DNA from: Vicugna vicugna
Lineage: Eukaryota
Length of the DNA: 64,000 nucleotides
Assembly: GCA_013265495.1 (NCBI GenBank)
Contig: MU058252.1
Coordinates: forward strand, 1,832,244 to 1,896,243
Direction: 5' to 3'
How positions within the stretch are numbered: position 1 is the first letter of the stretch; each line of letters starts with the position of its first letter. Both the position numbers and the translations under genes were made by a program. A model generated the notes under the pieces. It made no database searches and was not told the origin of the DNA. It saw only the letters and a list, made by a program, of their open reading frames with translations. Shown here piece by piece: positions 38,623 through 51,481 of the stretch.

Positions 38623-40009
38623 TTGAGGGGGAAATAAGACTTGAGAAGAAAACATGGTGAAAAGTCAGAACGATCATGCAAATCAGTATTGCCATTAAAA
38701 TCCCTGTGCAACTGGGATCCTCGTGGCTCATTAATTTTGCAAGCCGTGCCCAGATTAAGGGATCTGGGGGAGGTATGGTTCGCTAGCATATGTGCACTCC
38801 TGGAGGGAGATCAGAAGACTGCTCGGCTTCGCTGCAGGAAGGGAGTTTCGTATTTTCAGGCAAAACAATAAAAAAGAGCAATCTCTCCCCAAGAGCTTGT
38901 CTCCAAAAGACATGCTTCTCATAAAAATCGTAATTGAGGCGGAACCATATGTGGTACACGAGCGCTAGCCGCAGCTCCCCCGCTGGGGGAGGAAGCTTCC
39001 ACCAGCCACGACAAGCAGAAACGCCGGACAAAGTCACAGCCTGTGCGACTCCCTGGCCAAGCACTCTGCCGCCGCCACTGGGTGTTCAGGGCCCCGCATC
39101 CACTTTTCCACTGTCATTTCCAAGCCCCAAACCGGTGCTGAGGCAACTGGTACCCACCCCGACCCCGTGGCTCTCAATTGGGCAGACCTCCTGTTAGCCG
39201 GTGGGGTTCCAACCGCCTTGCGGCTGCGCGGGCTGCACAGTCCTGCGACCCTTGCCAGCAGGAGATGTGGGACTGGAGGCTGGAGAGGAGGGTGGAGCAG
39301 GCATTCACTGTAGCCCCGGGAATGGTCCACCTTTAAATGACAGATAAAGTTCAAAACCCATCAAGTGTTCTGCAGATCCTGGGGTGATCAGTGCTGCCAT
39401 TCTGTTAGCTCAGCATCAATCCGAGGAGGTGATGAGCTCTTAGCCCGTGTCAGTGGTGGGCACTACGCTGCTCGCTCCGTGGTGAACGTTTCTTATAAAT
39501 AACCTTGTTTGATCTCCATCAGTGCCTTCCGCTACATGTAGGCGCTCTTATAATCCATACCAAGCGCTGCATGGATGGGAAAGCTCAGGCTTGGAGAAGG
39601 TAAACACCTTGAACAAAGTCACAGAACTAATAAATGACAGTCCCAGCATCACACCAAAGCCGACACCAAGCCCAGAACTTCACTAACTTTGTCAGCTCTC
39701 TGCCATCCTGGGCGTGAAATGCTCTGCCCTCCAGTCCCACCTCTGTGCTTGGCACAAACCAGCACTCAATAAATATTTCCAGATTGATCGATCACAAATG
39801 AAATGAGGGTGGAAGTGTGGCATCTGCAGCCCAGCGTGAGAAGGAAATTAGCTGGACCAGGTCCTCAGAGATCACGGGGGCCCTGGAGCTGCCGTGGTGA
39901 GAGGAAACAGGGATTTGGAAGCAACCAAGAACTAAAGAGACGAGAAGGGGGGAGAAAGTGGCAAGAGGTGAATCAGGAGGAGCTAAGAAAGTAGAGATGA
40001 AAGGCAGGG

Positions 40010-41135
40010 GCAACTAACAGAAGCAGATGCTAGGTACGACCTCACTTACATGCGGGGTCTGAAAAACCAAGCTCGTAGAAACAGAGTGAAATGGAGGTTC
40101 CCGGGGCTGAGGTGGTGGGCGGATGCTTAACTTGCAATTAATTACTGGATGAGTAAGTCCTGGAGAGCCAGTGCGCAGTCTAGTGAGTATGAACAAAGAG
40201 ACAACATTACTGTATTATAATCCTTAAACTTGCTAAGAGACTAGCTCTCCTTTGTTTGTTTGCAGTCTAGTTGATTTACAATATTGGGCCAGTTGCAGGT
40301 GTGCAGCATAGTGATTCAGTCATACATATATATGTGTGCATGTTCTTCTTCAGATTCTTTTTCATTATAGGTTATTAGAAGATACTGAATGTAGCTCCCT
40401 GTGCTCTACAGCAGGTCTTTGTTGTTTATCTACTTTAGATACAGTAGTGTGTATCTGTTAGTCCCAAACCCATAATTTGTCCCTCCCCCCCTCCCCTTTG
40501 GTAACCGTAAGTTTGCTTTCTATGCCTGTGAGTCATTTTCTGCTTTGTGAATAAGTCCATTTGTGTCATTTATTTAGATTCCACATATAAGTGATGTCAT
40601 GTGATATTTGTCTTTCTCTTTCTGGCTTACTTCTCTCAGTATGTGACGATCTCCAGGGCCATCCATGTTGCCGCAAATGGCATTATTTCATTCTTTTTTA
40701 GGCTGAGTAGTATTCCATTGTATAAATAGACCAACCGCAACTTCTTTATCCAGTCATCTGTCGATGGAAATTTCGGTTGCTTCCAGGTCTTGGCTATTGT
40801 AAATAGTGCTGCTGTGAACACTGGGATGCAGGTATCTTTTTGAATTAAGGTTCCCTCTGGATACATGCCCAGGAGTGGGATTGCTGGATCACATGGTAAG
40901 TCTACTTTCAATTTGTTGAGGAATCTCCACACTGTTTTCCATGATGGCTGCAGAGACTAGCTTTTAATTAACTCCACCACAAAAAACGAAATGACAACTC
41001 TGGGGTAGAGGTGCCAGTGAAGGCTTCCACGCCAGCCACATTACAACATATACATGGCTCAGATCAACACCTTGTGCATCTTAAACGAATCCAATGTCAC
41101 AGGTCAAATATACTCCAAAAAAGAAGAAAAAAGAG
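40010..41135 (+). mobile_element. Older L1 (L1MA/L1MB-type) 3' end split by a younger L1
   Basis: 'ctcacttacatgcggggtctgaaaaa...aaacttgctaagagactag' resumes after 40951 and ends in an A tail at about 41115-41140. Confidence 0.75.
40247..40951 (-). mobile_element. 5'-truncated L1 with TSD
   Basis: Minus frame '[53 protein letters not shown]'. TSD AGAGACTAGCT at 40236-40246 and 40952-40962. Confidence 0.95.
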
Positions 41136-42809
41136 AAAAATGGGCTTCATGTAATCATCTTAAGACAGGTAATGGCTTTCTTACATACTCGTTTTGAAGG
41201 ACAGAAAAGGGTCGGCGTAGGTGGTTTGGAGTTAGATGTATGCGCTGCAAATCAGAGTCCCACAGCTCTCCCTGAGCAGGCCTCTGGGCACACAGGCTGT
41301 CTGTTCAGTTTCGTCAGCCCGTGCATTGATGTCTTTGGCCTTTCCTTGGGGAAAGGAAGTGGCGCTGTGCCGGGGAGGCACCTGCTTCCTCCAGGTGTCC
41401 CTCCTGCGTAAAGTGTCTCCCACGGGTGCGCCGGCCGTTGGTTCTCAGAGGGCTCCTCGGCCGCTCTCCTTTACTTGATTTATCCCAAAGCTCCCCGGGG
41501 GCAGGCTCCCGTCTTTTCTTCCTCTAGCTTATTCCTTCCAGCTGCGGTCTCTCACTTTTGGCCCATTACGGAATAACATTCGATATTTTACTGCCCTAGA
41601 GCAAGCTCACTACTTTTGTTTCAAACTGTAGAAATTCTTAGAAAAAGACAATAAATAAAAAGCGTTACCTACATCTGCGGAACAATTCTCCATCCTTTCC
41701 CACTGAGGCCTTGTAGTGAAACCCAGAGGGACACACAGGATCCTTGAGACCCAGAGAATATTTCACAGGCAGTTTAATTTTCAGTAAGAGATGTTCCCCA
41801 CATTTCAGGGGAAAACAAGCCATATTTCACTCAAAAGTCGGAAGGGAAAGGAGGAGACTGGAAACGCAAGTGGGGAGAGCAGGAGCAGGGGCTCCTGGGG
41901 TTTCAGCCTTTCTCCAGCGGTGCGCGTACAGGCGAAGGCTACCACTGTGCAAGCCTTTTCCATGCACATCTATCTCCCAACTCCCAGATCTTCACCCATG
42001 TCAGAGTCCCTGGGGGTCTCCTTTTATCCTTCCCTTCCTCAATTCTGCCGGCTCTAACCCAGAGGCGGGTGGTGACTCAGCGACCTTGTCCTGCAGAGGA
42101 AGAGCATGGGAATCTTGGCCAGAGAGGGAGTCGTCAAATCAGCTGTGATCCTCCTGGGTTCGTGTTTCCTGTCCACGGGCTTAAAGACCCAGCATCCTGA
42201 CGGTAGAGAGGAGGGAGCTGGTGGAATAAAGTGCGTTCCCAAGAATAAACTACTGCACTAGGAAAGGAATTCCTGAGACACCATCCCTTTAGAACTTGGG
42301 ATTGTCTTTGAGCTGATCGTCATATCATTTCCCCTTCTTTTTGGGCTAGAACATATTTCCGTGTCTCTCCTGCAGTTGCATGTGTCAAATCCCAGGTTTC
42401 GTCAGGTAGGCGTGAGCGCAGGTCAGGAACTGCACTCCCCAGGCCCTGTCCTCCGTGCTCGCCTGCCTCCGGGCCTGATGCAAAGAGCAGCATCCGTGTT
42501 CACAGCTTCAGTTGAACACGGCTGCTTCCCACATGGAAGAGCCTTGGGTTTCCTTCTAGAGAAGGAAAGCTGCCTCAGGGCCAGAACACGCACACGAGTT
42601 TCACATGAGCGTGGAATAAATAAAAAAACAAGGAATAGCGCAGCAAAGGGATTTGTTACAGCAACAAATGGAGTTGAGAGAGAGCTCTGTTCCTCAGAAA
42701 CCATCCTTCCATGGAAATACTGGATTCAGATTAGAAGGAAAAAGTAACACGTTCTGGGGCAGGCCAGATTTCAGAAGGGAAAAAAAAACATTAATTTATG
42801 CCTTAGCAA

Positions 42810-43570
42810 AAAGTTATTGAGTAGGCAATTATTTATTTTGGAAGCTTCCAAGCAAAGATGATGTTCTTAATAGAAAAACAGACATACCCCTGTTCTCCTG
42901 GGGCTTACAGTCCTGTCGGGAGGGAGACTTACGATAGATCGTTAGTGTGATTTTAATACACTAAAATTATTTAGTGGGGGATGTGCTCTGAGCCAATGAG
43001 CAGGGCGGCCCATTCAACCTTTGGATCTCAGAAAGGACTCTCTGGCTGCACAGCTTAAAGTTATTATATATATATAAGTTATGTTCTGCCTTAGCATCTG
43101 GCTGAGGCAGTAGCCTGTGCAAAGGTCCTGACTCAGAAGAGATCTTTGCTGGACCTGAAAGACTGATATCACTAGAGCATAGTGAGCCAAGGGCAGGTGG
43201 GGTGGACCAGATCACGCAGGGTCTCTCGGATCTTGGTAAGGATTCCGTAGGATATCCTGTTTGTGAATGTAAACCACTGTAAGTTTGGAACAGGAAGAGA
43301 TATACAAATAAGACTTTGTCGGCTCTGTGTAGAATGGAATAGGATGGATCAGAAATGGATACCCATTGGGAGCCTACAGTTTTAGCTCAGGTGAAAGGTT
43401 AGGGCTGCCCCCAACAGGAGCTGGTGGTGAAGATGGCGATAAACTGACCGAGTTCACACCCACATGTGTGGATCTGGAAGTGACAAGACCCGGTGATGGT
43501 GGGAAGGTGAGTGATGATAAGAATACGAAGGTGAGTCCCAGGTCTTGGGTTTGAGCTTCTGTTTATAGAG
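42810..43570 (-). mobile_element. L2 fragment
   Basis: Antisense L2 motifs 'gcctgtgcaaaggtcctga', 'gaccagatcacgcagggtct', 'ccaggtcttgggtttgagc'. Confidence 0.7.
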
Positions 43571-45492
43571 ACGATGAAGACGAGAGGAGGACCACGTAAG
43601 TAAACTGGTGTGAATTCTAGCCCAGGTAATTCACCCTCCTTAGATGTACACAAACCCTGGAATGCGGTTGACTAGCAATTCTATTTTGAAAGAACCAAAT
43701 GGAAAATATGTGGGAGCTACTGAGAATGAGAACTTCAGTTGATGATGTATTCATGCCCTCATATTAAAAAATGTCTTAGAAAACAAAAATCTGGGGCCCA
43801 CTTTGTTTTGTCAAAGATAGTTTAGGTCTTTAGTAAAGCTAAGGAAGTAATGGTATTTTCTTTAACAAGTCTTCAGGAGTTACCGGTGGACGTCTGCATT
43901 CCCATGGCTTCTCAGAATTCAGAATATGGGGAGACAGCATCAAAAAAGGCTAAAATGCAAAATCAATTGTTTCTCCAAACAGTGGTTCATGACTCTTAAA
44001 GGAGAAAGAACTATTTCTCAGCTAGAAAACTTCTTTTGATACCTTGTACCCTTGGCAGATGCAATTTTCAGAAATGGTGTTGTGTGCTCTGATGTGGAAG
44101 TAAGAAACGCAAGGGAAAACATAAAGCACATGGTAACGCTCCTCGCAAGTTTTCACGCTTCGGGCCATGCTGCCTGCTGTAAGTGTCCACAACATGGAAG
44201 AATTTAAGCCTTTGAAGGAAAATAGATCTATCAGACTGAAAAGCCTGTTATTTGCTTGAATACCGTTCTCAAGCTATACGTTTTGTACTTCACAGAGTTT
44301 CTTAGCCTGTTACATATTGATTCTTGTTTTCATATAAAGAGCATTATTAGATTCGAAAAACCTAGGAGTTTAAAGGGGACTCCCAATCATTTTGCCCTAC
44401 GAATAAATGAGTTTAATCAGCAATTTTTGTTCCTAGTTGCCACTGGGATCTGCTTGAGAGTGAGCAGGAAATATGATGGAAGATATTGGTAATAGACTCA
44501 CTGGGAAGTCAGAGGGGAGTCAGCAAAGTCAGTTTGGGCAGAGGAGGGAAAGAATAAAATAAGAGGTTTTTTTTAAATCAATGAGAATGTCTCCCTTCTA
44601 CATTGTGAGCCCTGGGAGGGCTCACAGCACAGCACATCCCTGTGTGTAGGAAGTAGTCATTGAATGTAGAATGTAGGAGAGGCCCCAAGAAATACTTTGC
44701 CTATTTTAATCCTAAAGTTGGTCCTAAATTACAGAGACCCAGACCAGTGGACACCTGTGCTGCTCTTTCCATGGCTCCTCCAAACAGTCCGGAAGTTCCT
44801 TGAGGCCACTGAAGGCAACATTTTATAAAGGATGGGCATTGATGGAGCCTCATTGAGAAGGATGAGCCTGGTGAAATGACCATGAGATCTGATGACATGG
44901 AATTGACCTTGATGAAGGTGATTTTGGTTCTATTGCGGCAATAACAATCTAGCTGGAGTAGTTTCCAAGGATAATGACGAGAAACAATGTGGATCTGTAA
45001 CCAAGCAGGACCCTGCTGTCATTGGTGACCATCTGATATCTGCAGTGGTGCTTGTCACTGTCTAACTGTATATCGGCTTAAAGGGATTTGTTATGCTCTT
45101 GCCACGGTTAGGCTGGAGAGGAGGGAGGCTTGGGTGGTCTGCCCAACGCCCTCATGCTGTGTGCAGGGATCATGCTCAGTGCCCTGCTCTTGCCCCCAGT
45201 GTCCTCTTCTTGCCCCTGACACCTCAGAAATGGCAGTTAGGTGTTTTGTGCATCTTTTTGTTCATAACTTGCCCCAATGGCACACGTCTGCAGCTGCTTT
45301 TGATCCCTTGTGGTTTCCTTGTATCTTGTTATTTGAGCTGCAGGCCTCAGTCCACACCAGGAGGTTCCAGGCCTCAGCCTGCTTAAAAGGCTAAAAGCAT
45401 TTATCAACCTGACTTTAAACTGCACAAGTTTCTCTCTAGAGCTCTTTTCCATGGAGCCCCTTCCTATGCCTCCTTTGTTCTAGGTATGAGAA

Positions 45493-45818
45493 TGTTGAGA
45501 GAGTCCCAAATCCAGAGGTGAACTTCATACCTATCATAGGGAAGGGGACCACTGCATCTGCAAAACAGGAAAACTTTGCAACAACTTGCTATCCTGTGTG
45601 CAGTCTCTATGGAAACTAGCTCCACCCCTTGAACTCTTGAACTTTTACTGTAAAACCCCTGCTTTCTCTCTCCAGCAGGCTCACAGTCTAAGAAGCATTA
45701 GCCCACCATGACCTCCTTTGCCTGGCAAAGAAATAAAGCTGCCTTTTCTACTTCATCCAAAACTCTGTCCTCAAGTCTCAATTTGGTAAGCAGGTACAGA
45801 GGCCATGTTTTGGCAATA
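45493..45818 (+). mobile_element. ERV-type solo LTR (short)
   Basis: TG start, AATAAA at 45732-45737, U5-like end 'ccaaaactctgtcctc...ggccatgttttggcaata'. TSD not clean. Confidence 0.65.
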
Positions 45819-46071
45819 GAGTCAGAGATTGTAGGCTTTCTTTGATGAGTCTTGATGTAAAGCACTGGACAAGTGAAGAAGCCAGAGACACATGTGAGTT
45901 CAAGGGAGTTTCTTTTCTTACCATTTTTAAAGATAAGAGCATCTTTGTATAATTAGGGAAACAATCCACAGAAAGGGAAATTTATGACATGAGAGAGGAC
46001 AGAAAATGGCCCAGTGATATCTTTGAGTAGACTAGAGGGGACTGAATTCAGGACATAAGTGGAGGTGGTTG

Positions 46072-46583
46072 TGTAATAGGGAAGAACCCAATCTGACTCC
46101 ATATTAGATCTGTTCCTTTAGCTCTAACCCTGTGCTCTGTTTCCTGCGCTTAGTCGTGCTGGTTCCCCACCTTTTGTAAAAGGATGTTGCCTACAGCTTG
46201 AAATAGACAGGAGAGCCCATTCTCAAGGCTCTAACCTTTAAGGATACAACACTTTTCCATTCATATAGAGATAACAAGTTGCAGAACAGAGAATAACATT
46301 CATCTTGTTGGAGGTTTATAGGAACATTGTGAGCTGACCTACATGGACGGCTGCAAGAACAAAGGATTCTGACACCAAGAAGTTTGCAACAATCAGCCAC
46401 ACCCCTTCCCCTTTTTAGTATAAAAGGAGACTGAATTCTGACTTGGGGAAGATGGTTCTCCAGGACATTAGTCCCCTATCTTCTTGATCTGCTGGCTTTC
46501 TAAATAAAGTCATTATTCCTTGCCCCTCTTCTCCCAATTTACTCGCCTGTCATGTGAGCAGAATGAGTTTGGACTCAGTCACA
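46072..46583 (+). mobile_element. ERV1 solo LTR, MER41-like (512 bp)
   Basis: TG...CA termini, 4-bp TSD GTTG (46068-46071, 46584-46587), 5' 'ctgactccatattaga' motif, TATAAAA at 46419-46425, AATAAA at 46503-46508. Confidence 0.9.
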
Positions 46584-47394
46584 GTTGTGCTTACATTCAG
46601 GCAAACAGATCAAAACAATGATCTTTAAGAAAAGAGGGGACTGACCTAGTGGTCCACAGATCACTGTCACAATGACAGGTAGCTAATGATGTTGGCTAAT
46701 GGCAAGGGTTTCCAAGAACCAGGTTTATTTCATGAGTAAGGAGGGATGCTGGTCTGGAAGCCACAGTGAAGAGTGGGAAACACCTGCTTCACATCCCAGC
46801 CCACCTGTTCAAGGGATTTGAAAGAGCAGGCTGAAGGGCACGCAGAGTCCTCACTACTGGCAGCCAGGTTCAGCTACGGGAGACGGCGAAGGGAATGTTC
46901 AGAGAAGAGGTTGAAATAGAGAAGCTTCTGCTGATGGCCTTGAGTTCTGGAAGGATTTCACCTCTAAGGAGGCAGGTGGGCTCAGAGATGTACAAAGCTA
47001 AAAGGGGTGAGTTTCCAGCTAATAAGGGGTGACTTGTGACCCAGTGACGGGTGTGCAAACAATGAAGTGTATGGTCGGGCTATTTTGTAAACTGTGGTGA
47101 TGAGGCTATGCACACTGAGAGTACGGAGGAGAAAATTTCTCCAGAAGTAAGCAGGGCTCTGTGTGTCTCCAGCCCCATCACTCTGATGGTGGTATGGAGG
47201 CTGGTGGATGGCCAGTGGGATGCAGATCCCGGTGGACATTCCCTGGCAGCTTTGCAGCACATGGCTTCCTTGTACAGTCATGCCTGTTGTACACTGCACA
47301 ACTCCAGGGGGAGCTGTTTACATTTGTTTCATGTGACTAGTACACTGTCCATGGCAGCTCTTTCCTCAGACATCAGTGGCACCAGGAGCACATG

Positions 47395-48200
47395 GGGCTC
47401 ATTATTACTTCTCATTTTACTGATGAGGAAACTGAAGAACAGATAAGTTCAGTGACTTTCTCAATTTCACGTGACTATCTTTAATGGAATCAGATGTTTT
47501 TCTAAAATTAAGAGTATTTTTTATACACTTTTTAAATATTACTTCCCATTTACAGTTATTATACTATATTGGCTGCATTCCCTGTGTTGTACAGTACATC
47601 GCTGAGCCTCTCTTATACCCAATAATTTGTACCTCCCACTCCCCCACCCCTATATTGCCTCTCCGCCCATCTCCCCACTGGTAACCACTCCTTTGTTCTC
47701 TATATCTGTGAGTCTGCTTCTTTTTTGTTATATTCACTAATTTGTTGTATTTTTTAGATTCCACATATAAATAATATCATACAGTATTTGTCTTTCTTTG
47801 TCTGACTTATTTTACTTAGCATAGCACAGTGCCCTCCAAGTCCATCCGTGTTGCTGCAAATGGCAAAATGTCATTCTTTTCATGGCTGAGTAGTATTCCC
47901 TTGTATACACAGACCACATCTTCTTCATCCAGTCATCTGTTGATGGACACTTCGGTTGTTTCCATGTCCTGGCTATTGTCAATAATGCTGCTCCAAACAC
48001 TGGGGTGCATGTATCTTTTTGAATTAGTGTTTTTGTTTTTTTTCAGATATTTGCCCAGGAGTGGGACTGCCGGGTCATTTGGTAGCTCTATTTTTAGTTT
48101 TTGGAGCAACTTGCACACTGTTTTCCACAGCGGCTGCACCAATTTACATTAACGGAATCAGATTTGATTCCGGCATTTGCATGCACTCTTAAGCTTAATG
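47395..48200 (-). mobile_element. MIR SINE split by an L1 insertion
   Basis: MIR core 'cattttactgatgaggaaactgaag...aagttcagtgactttctcaa' lies to the left of the L1. Confidence 0.7.
47496..48148 (-). mobile_element. 5'-truncated L1 with 15-bp TSD
   Basis: ORF2 C-terminus '[15 protein letters not shown]' and '[17 protein letters not shown]'. TSD TTAA(T/C)GGAATCAGAT at 47481-47495 and 48149-48163. Confidence 0.95.
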
Positions 48201-48694
48201 CTGCCTCTTGAATGCCAAGATTCTTTTGTCCCTCTGAGGCTGCTGTTAACAGCCAAAGCCAAACAGACATTAAAATGCACTTGAAGGGAAGAGAGTCAAT
48301 CTATGTAAGAGAAAACTTTAAAACGAAAGCTGTCTTTAATGTTGCAGGCTGGTGCTCTCTTGCTTTCTATTTTTATTTAAGGGTGAGGGACAAAGGAGGT
48401 TGGAAACCGTGTGTGTAGGGTTGAAGCTTGCTGAATGGTAGGATTCCATGCAGGGTTCCTGGGCGGGGACCTGGCCGTTCTGTTGGAGGGACTCTAAAGT
48501 ACCAGCATTTGAAGGTCTTTATCTTGTGCTAGACTGTCTCTCTTGGGAAGATCCTCTGGTCTCCTGCCTGAGGGCATAAACACAGCCATCGGTTTCCTGA
48601 GACCAAGCAAAGGAGGTGGGCTGGAGAAGTCTCTGTCCAGTGTTTGGGTTTTTAATGAAAGCTGTTATTTGCAGCCCCTTGCTAAAACCTTCCA

Positions 48695-48913
48695 ATAAAC
48701 AAGATTATACTGTATAGCACAGGGAAACGTATACAAGATCTCGCGGTAGCTCACAGCGAAAAAAATGTGACCATGAATATACGTCTGTTCATGTATAACT
48801 GAAAAATAGTGCTCTACACTGGAATCTGACACAACACTGTAAAATGACTATAACTCAATAAAAAATGTTAAAAAAAATCAAGAAACCATTTGAAGAAACA
48901 AACAAACAAAAAT
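48695..48913 (+). mobile_element. L1 3' end with A-rich tail
   Basis: 'tactgtatagcacagggaaac...gactataactcaataaaaaatgttaaaaaaaa'. Flanking repeat ACCTTCCA is a probable TSD. Confidence 0.9.
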
Positions 48914-49559
48914 ACCTTCCACCGCGCCGGCCACTCCCAAGCCCAGAGCCTCCAGCTCGCAATGGTGTTTGGGACAGTTGTGAACCATGTAACATCCTCC
49001 CCGTGGACCTTTACTCCCTTTGCTGCTGTGGTGAGAAATTTCACACAGGGGTGACCAGTCCCACGCAGGTTCACGCTGCCAGCACCTGGCCAGCAACTCT
49101 CCATTCTGCCCCTGGGCTGCCCGGGTGCCTTGGAGGGGAAACTCAGTAGGTATCACATGTGTGCAGCCCAGGGGGGTGGGGAAACGGATGCCACAGCTCA
49201 CAGTAGGTGGAGGCGATGGAGACAAACTCTGCCCATCCCTACCCCAGGGCAGGCGGTTCCGGGAGCAAGTTCACAAGCCGTCTCAGAAATCCTGGTGAGA
49301 TGGAACAACTAGTCACCCACGCTCTGGTCCAGAGAACAATGCACCTGCTCGAGCCTCTCCCTCCTTCCCTTTTTGCTTCTGCTGTCCCTCGGTTCCCGCT
49401 TCTTGGGATCAGATTCCTAAATAAACTGTTCCCGTGCAAGCCCGTCTCAGCTCTGCCTTTGGGGGCAAATATGCAGAGGAGAGTGTTTGTGTCCTTGCGT
49501 GGGTGGTGGAGGGTGAGCGGGCCAACTGGCCACGTGAGGGGCCAGAGGGACCTGGGCCC

Positions 49560-50480
49560 TAAGATTCCTTCGCAAGCCTCCCGCGGCCCCTGGGCGCAGC
49601 CCCGCTGCCCGTGGACCCTGCAGGGGATCAGGTTGCAGCGCTCTCCACTCCGATACATTATTCATCACCTCGGCAGCTGCTCTGCCTCTTCCAGAATTTT
49701 GCTGGCGTCTCTCCGCTGGGACCGGGACCGGCGCCTCGGCGGTCCTCCGCGTCCTTGCGGGCTCCTCCCGTCACGTCCGGCGTTGGCTGTCCTTCCCGCG
49801 GGGCGTCCCGAGGGACGGCGGGAGAGAAGACACGCGTGTCCCGGGCCACAGCCGCACGCGGCCCGCGCTTCCCCGCCGCCCGGGGGGACGTCAGGACAGG
49901 CCCCGGGCTCTGCGTCCTGCGAGCCCCGGCTGCCTCCCCGAGAAGTCCGCGGCGCGGACCCGTCTCTACGGCCCCCCAGCTCTGAGGGGCGATCCTCAGC
50001 TCCGCCGCTGGCCCTCGGGGAGACCACGAGGCCGCCGGGGCTGGGGGCAGAGCTGGGGGCCGCTCCGGGCTCGGGGGCCGCGCTTGCCCTGCGCTCGCCC
50101 CCCGGGGACGGCCGCCCTGTGGGCGCCCACCCTCCCGGCCAGGAGCCAGCCCCGACTGACCCCGCAGCGCGCCCCCGAGCTGTGTCTCTGGGCTCGGTCG
50201 CCGTTCTCTCCCCGCTGGGCCTTTGGGGAGCCCCACAGGGCGTCGGCTTCAGTTACACGGGGGTCCTGGGCCCCGTGTTCACGCTTTCCTTCCTTTTTCT
50301 AAAGTTACCTGTGCGCTCTGGAATGGATTTGGATAGAGGGTCCAATGAATGGACTATAAACCGCTGGCGCGCGCGTGTGTGTGTGTGTGTGTGTGTGTGT
50401 GTCTGTGTGTGTGTGTGTTTGTGTGTGTTTGTGTNNNNNNNNNNNNNNNNNNNNNTGTGTGTGTTTGTGTGTGTGTGTGT

Positions 50481-50512
<32 letters not shown>

Positions 50513-51320
50513 AGGTGGGCGCTTGCCTGAAAGTCCTCCTTCCCACGTGCCAGTGAGGCGGGCGTGCGCGCGGCGGGTAGAGCTGCTCTCTGGCTTCTCT
50601 GTTCAGACCTACCCTCATTGTTCCTGCCTCCCTGTACTTTCCCACACACGGTTTGGCAGGCACTGTGCGTCAGGCTCTGGAAACCATTTCTTCTAGTTCT
50701 AGGGACCTCGAGCTGTCACAGAGGGACGCACCGGCGGTGTCAAAGCTGGAGCAGCGCCGCGTCTCCGCTCAGAGCCCCGTATCTGCCACTCGGCCTGCAG
50801 ACCCGCCCACACGGCGCTTCCTCTGCAAAGACCCTCCGAACCGACCCAGACGAGCTCAGACGCGACTTCCTTTGTCTGCTCCCCGATTGCCTTATGATTC
50901 GACCGCAATATAAGCATGTTTCCACTAGAATAAATATCCCCTTGAATCACAATTATATTGAGAAACAAGATATTAAAGTGAGATTCTCGTCGGTTTGGGC
51001 GGAGGCCCGGAAGGTTAAGAGCGCAAGAGCATCGCTGCGCCTTAAAGAGAGAGCTGGGTGGCTGAGGAGCTGCTCGGGAGTGAGCGGAAGCTGGGTCGCC
51101 AGTGTTGCTGACTGTCTACCTCCAGCTTCCCTCAGCAGAGATGCGGTTGAAGGGGGGGGGGAAGGAAACCCCTTGGGGGAGGGTTGTCAGAGCGGCGGGC
51201 GTTCCCCTCCACTCCAGAACTTCACCGCCCCCGTGGGGGTGGGGGACGGGGTGTTTCCATCAAGAAACCCACAAGGAAACTGTCCCTGGACGCGCGGAAC
51301 ACGCAGCTGGGGGCTGCTAT
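49560..51320. promoter_or_regulatory. CpG island (core 49.7-50.25 kb, extending past the microsatellite)
   Basis: Very high GC and CpG density over more than 1 kb, free of interspersed repeats. No associated gene recognised. Confidence 0.8.
50367..50512. repeat. (GC)4(GT)n microsatellite containing a 21-N assembly gap (50435-50455)
   Basis: Directly visible in the sequence. Confidence 0.98.
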
Positions 51321-51481
51321 CCCTTAGATGCTTAAAGGCGGGAGGATGTGGCTGGAGCTCCTGACGGAAGGCACAGCCACGCATTTCCTGAACGCTCCCC
51401 TCGTGGGAGATGCCCAGGGCTGTCTTATAACAGGTCCATTCCAAGGGGACCACTGAAGGAGGGGGATCCCGAGAGAGAGAG

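Noticed and set aside
49207..50514. 435-aa ORF, the longest in the track
   Set aside because: It runs through the GC-rich island (stop-poor), the (GT)n microsatellite and the N gap. It has low-complexity Pro/Arg/Gly/Ala content and no recognisable domain.
50564..51364. 266-aa ORF
   Set aside because: Non-ATG start, GC-rich context and no homology I can recognise.
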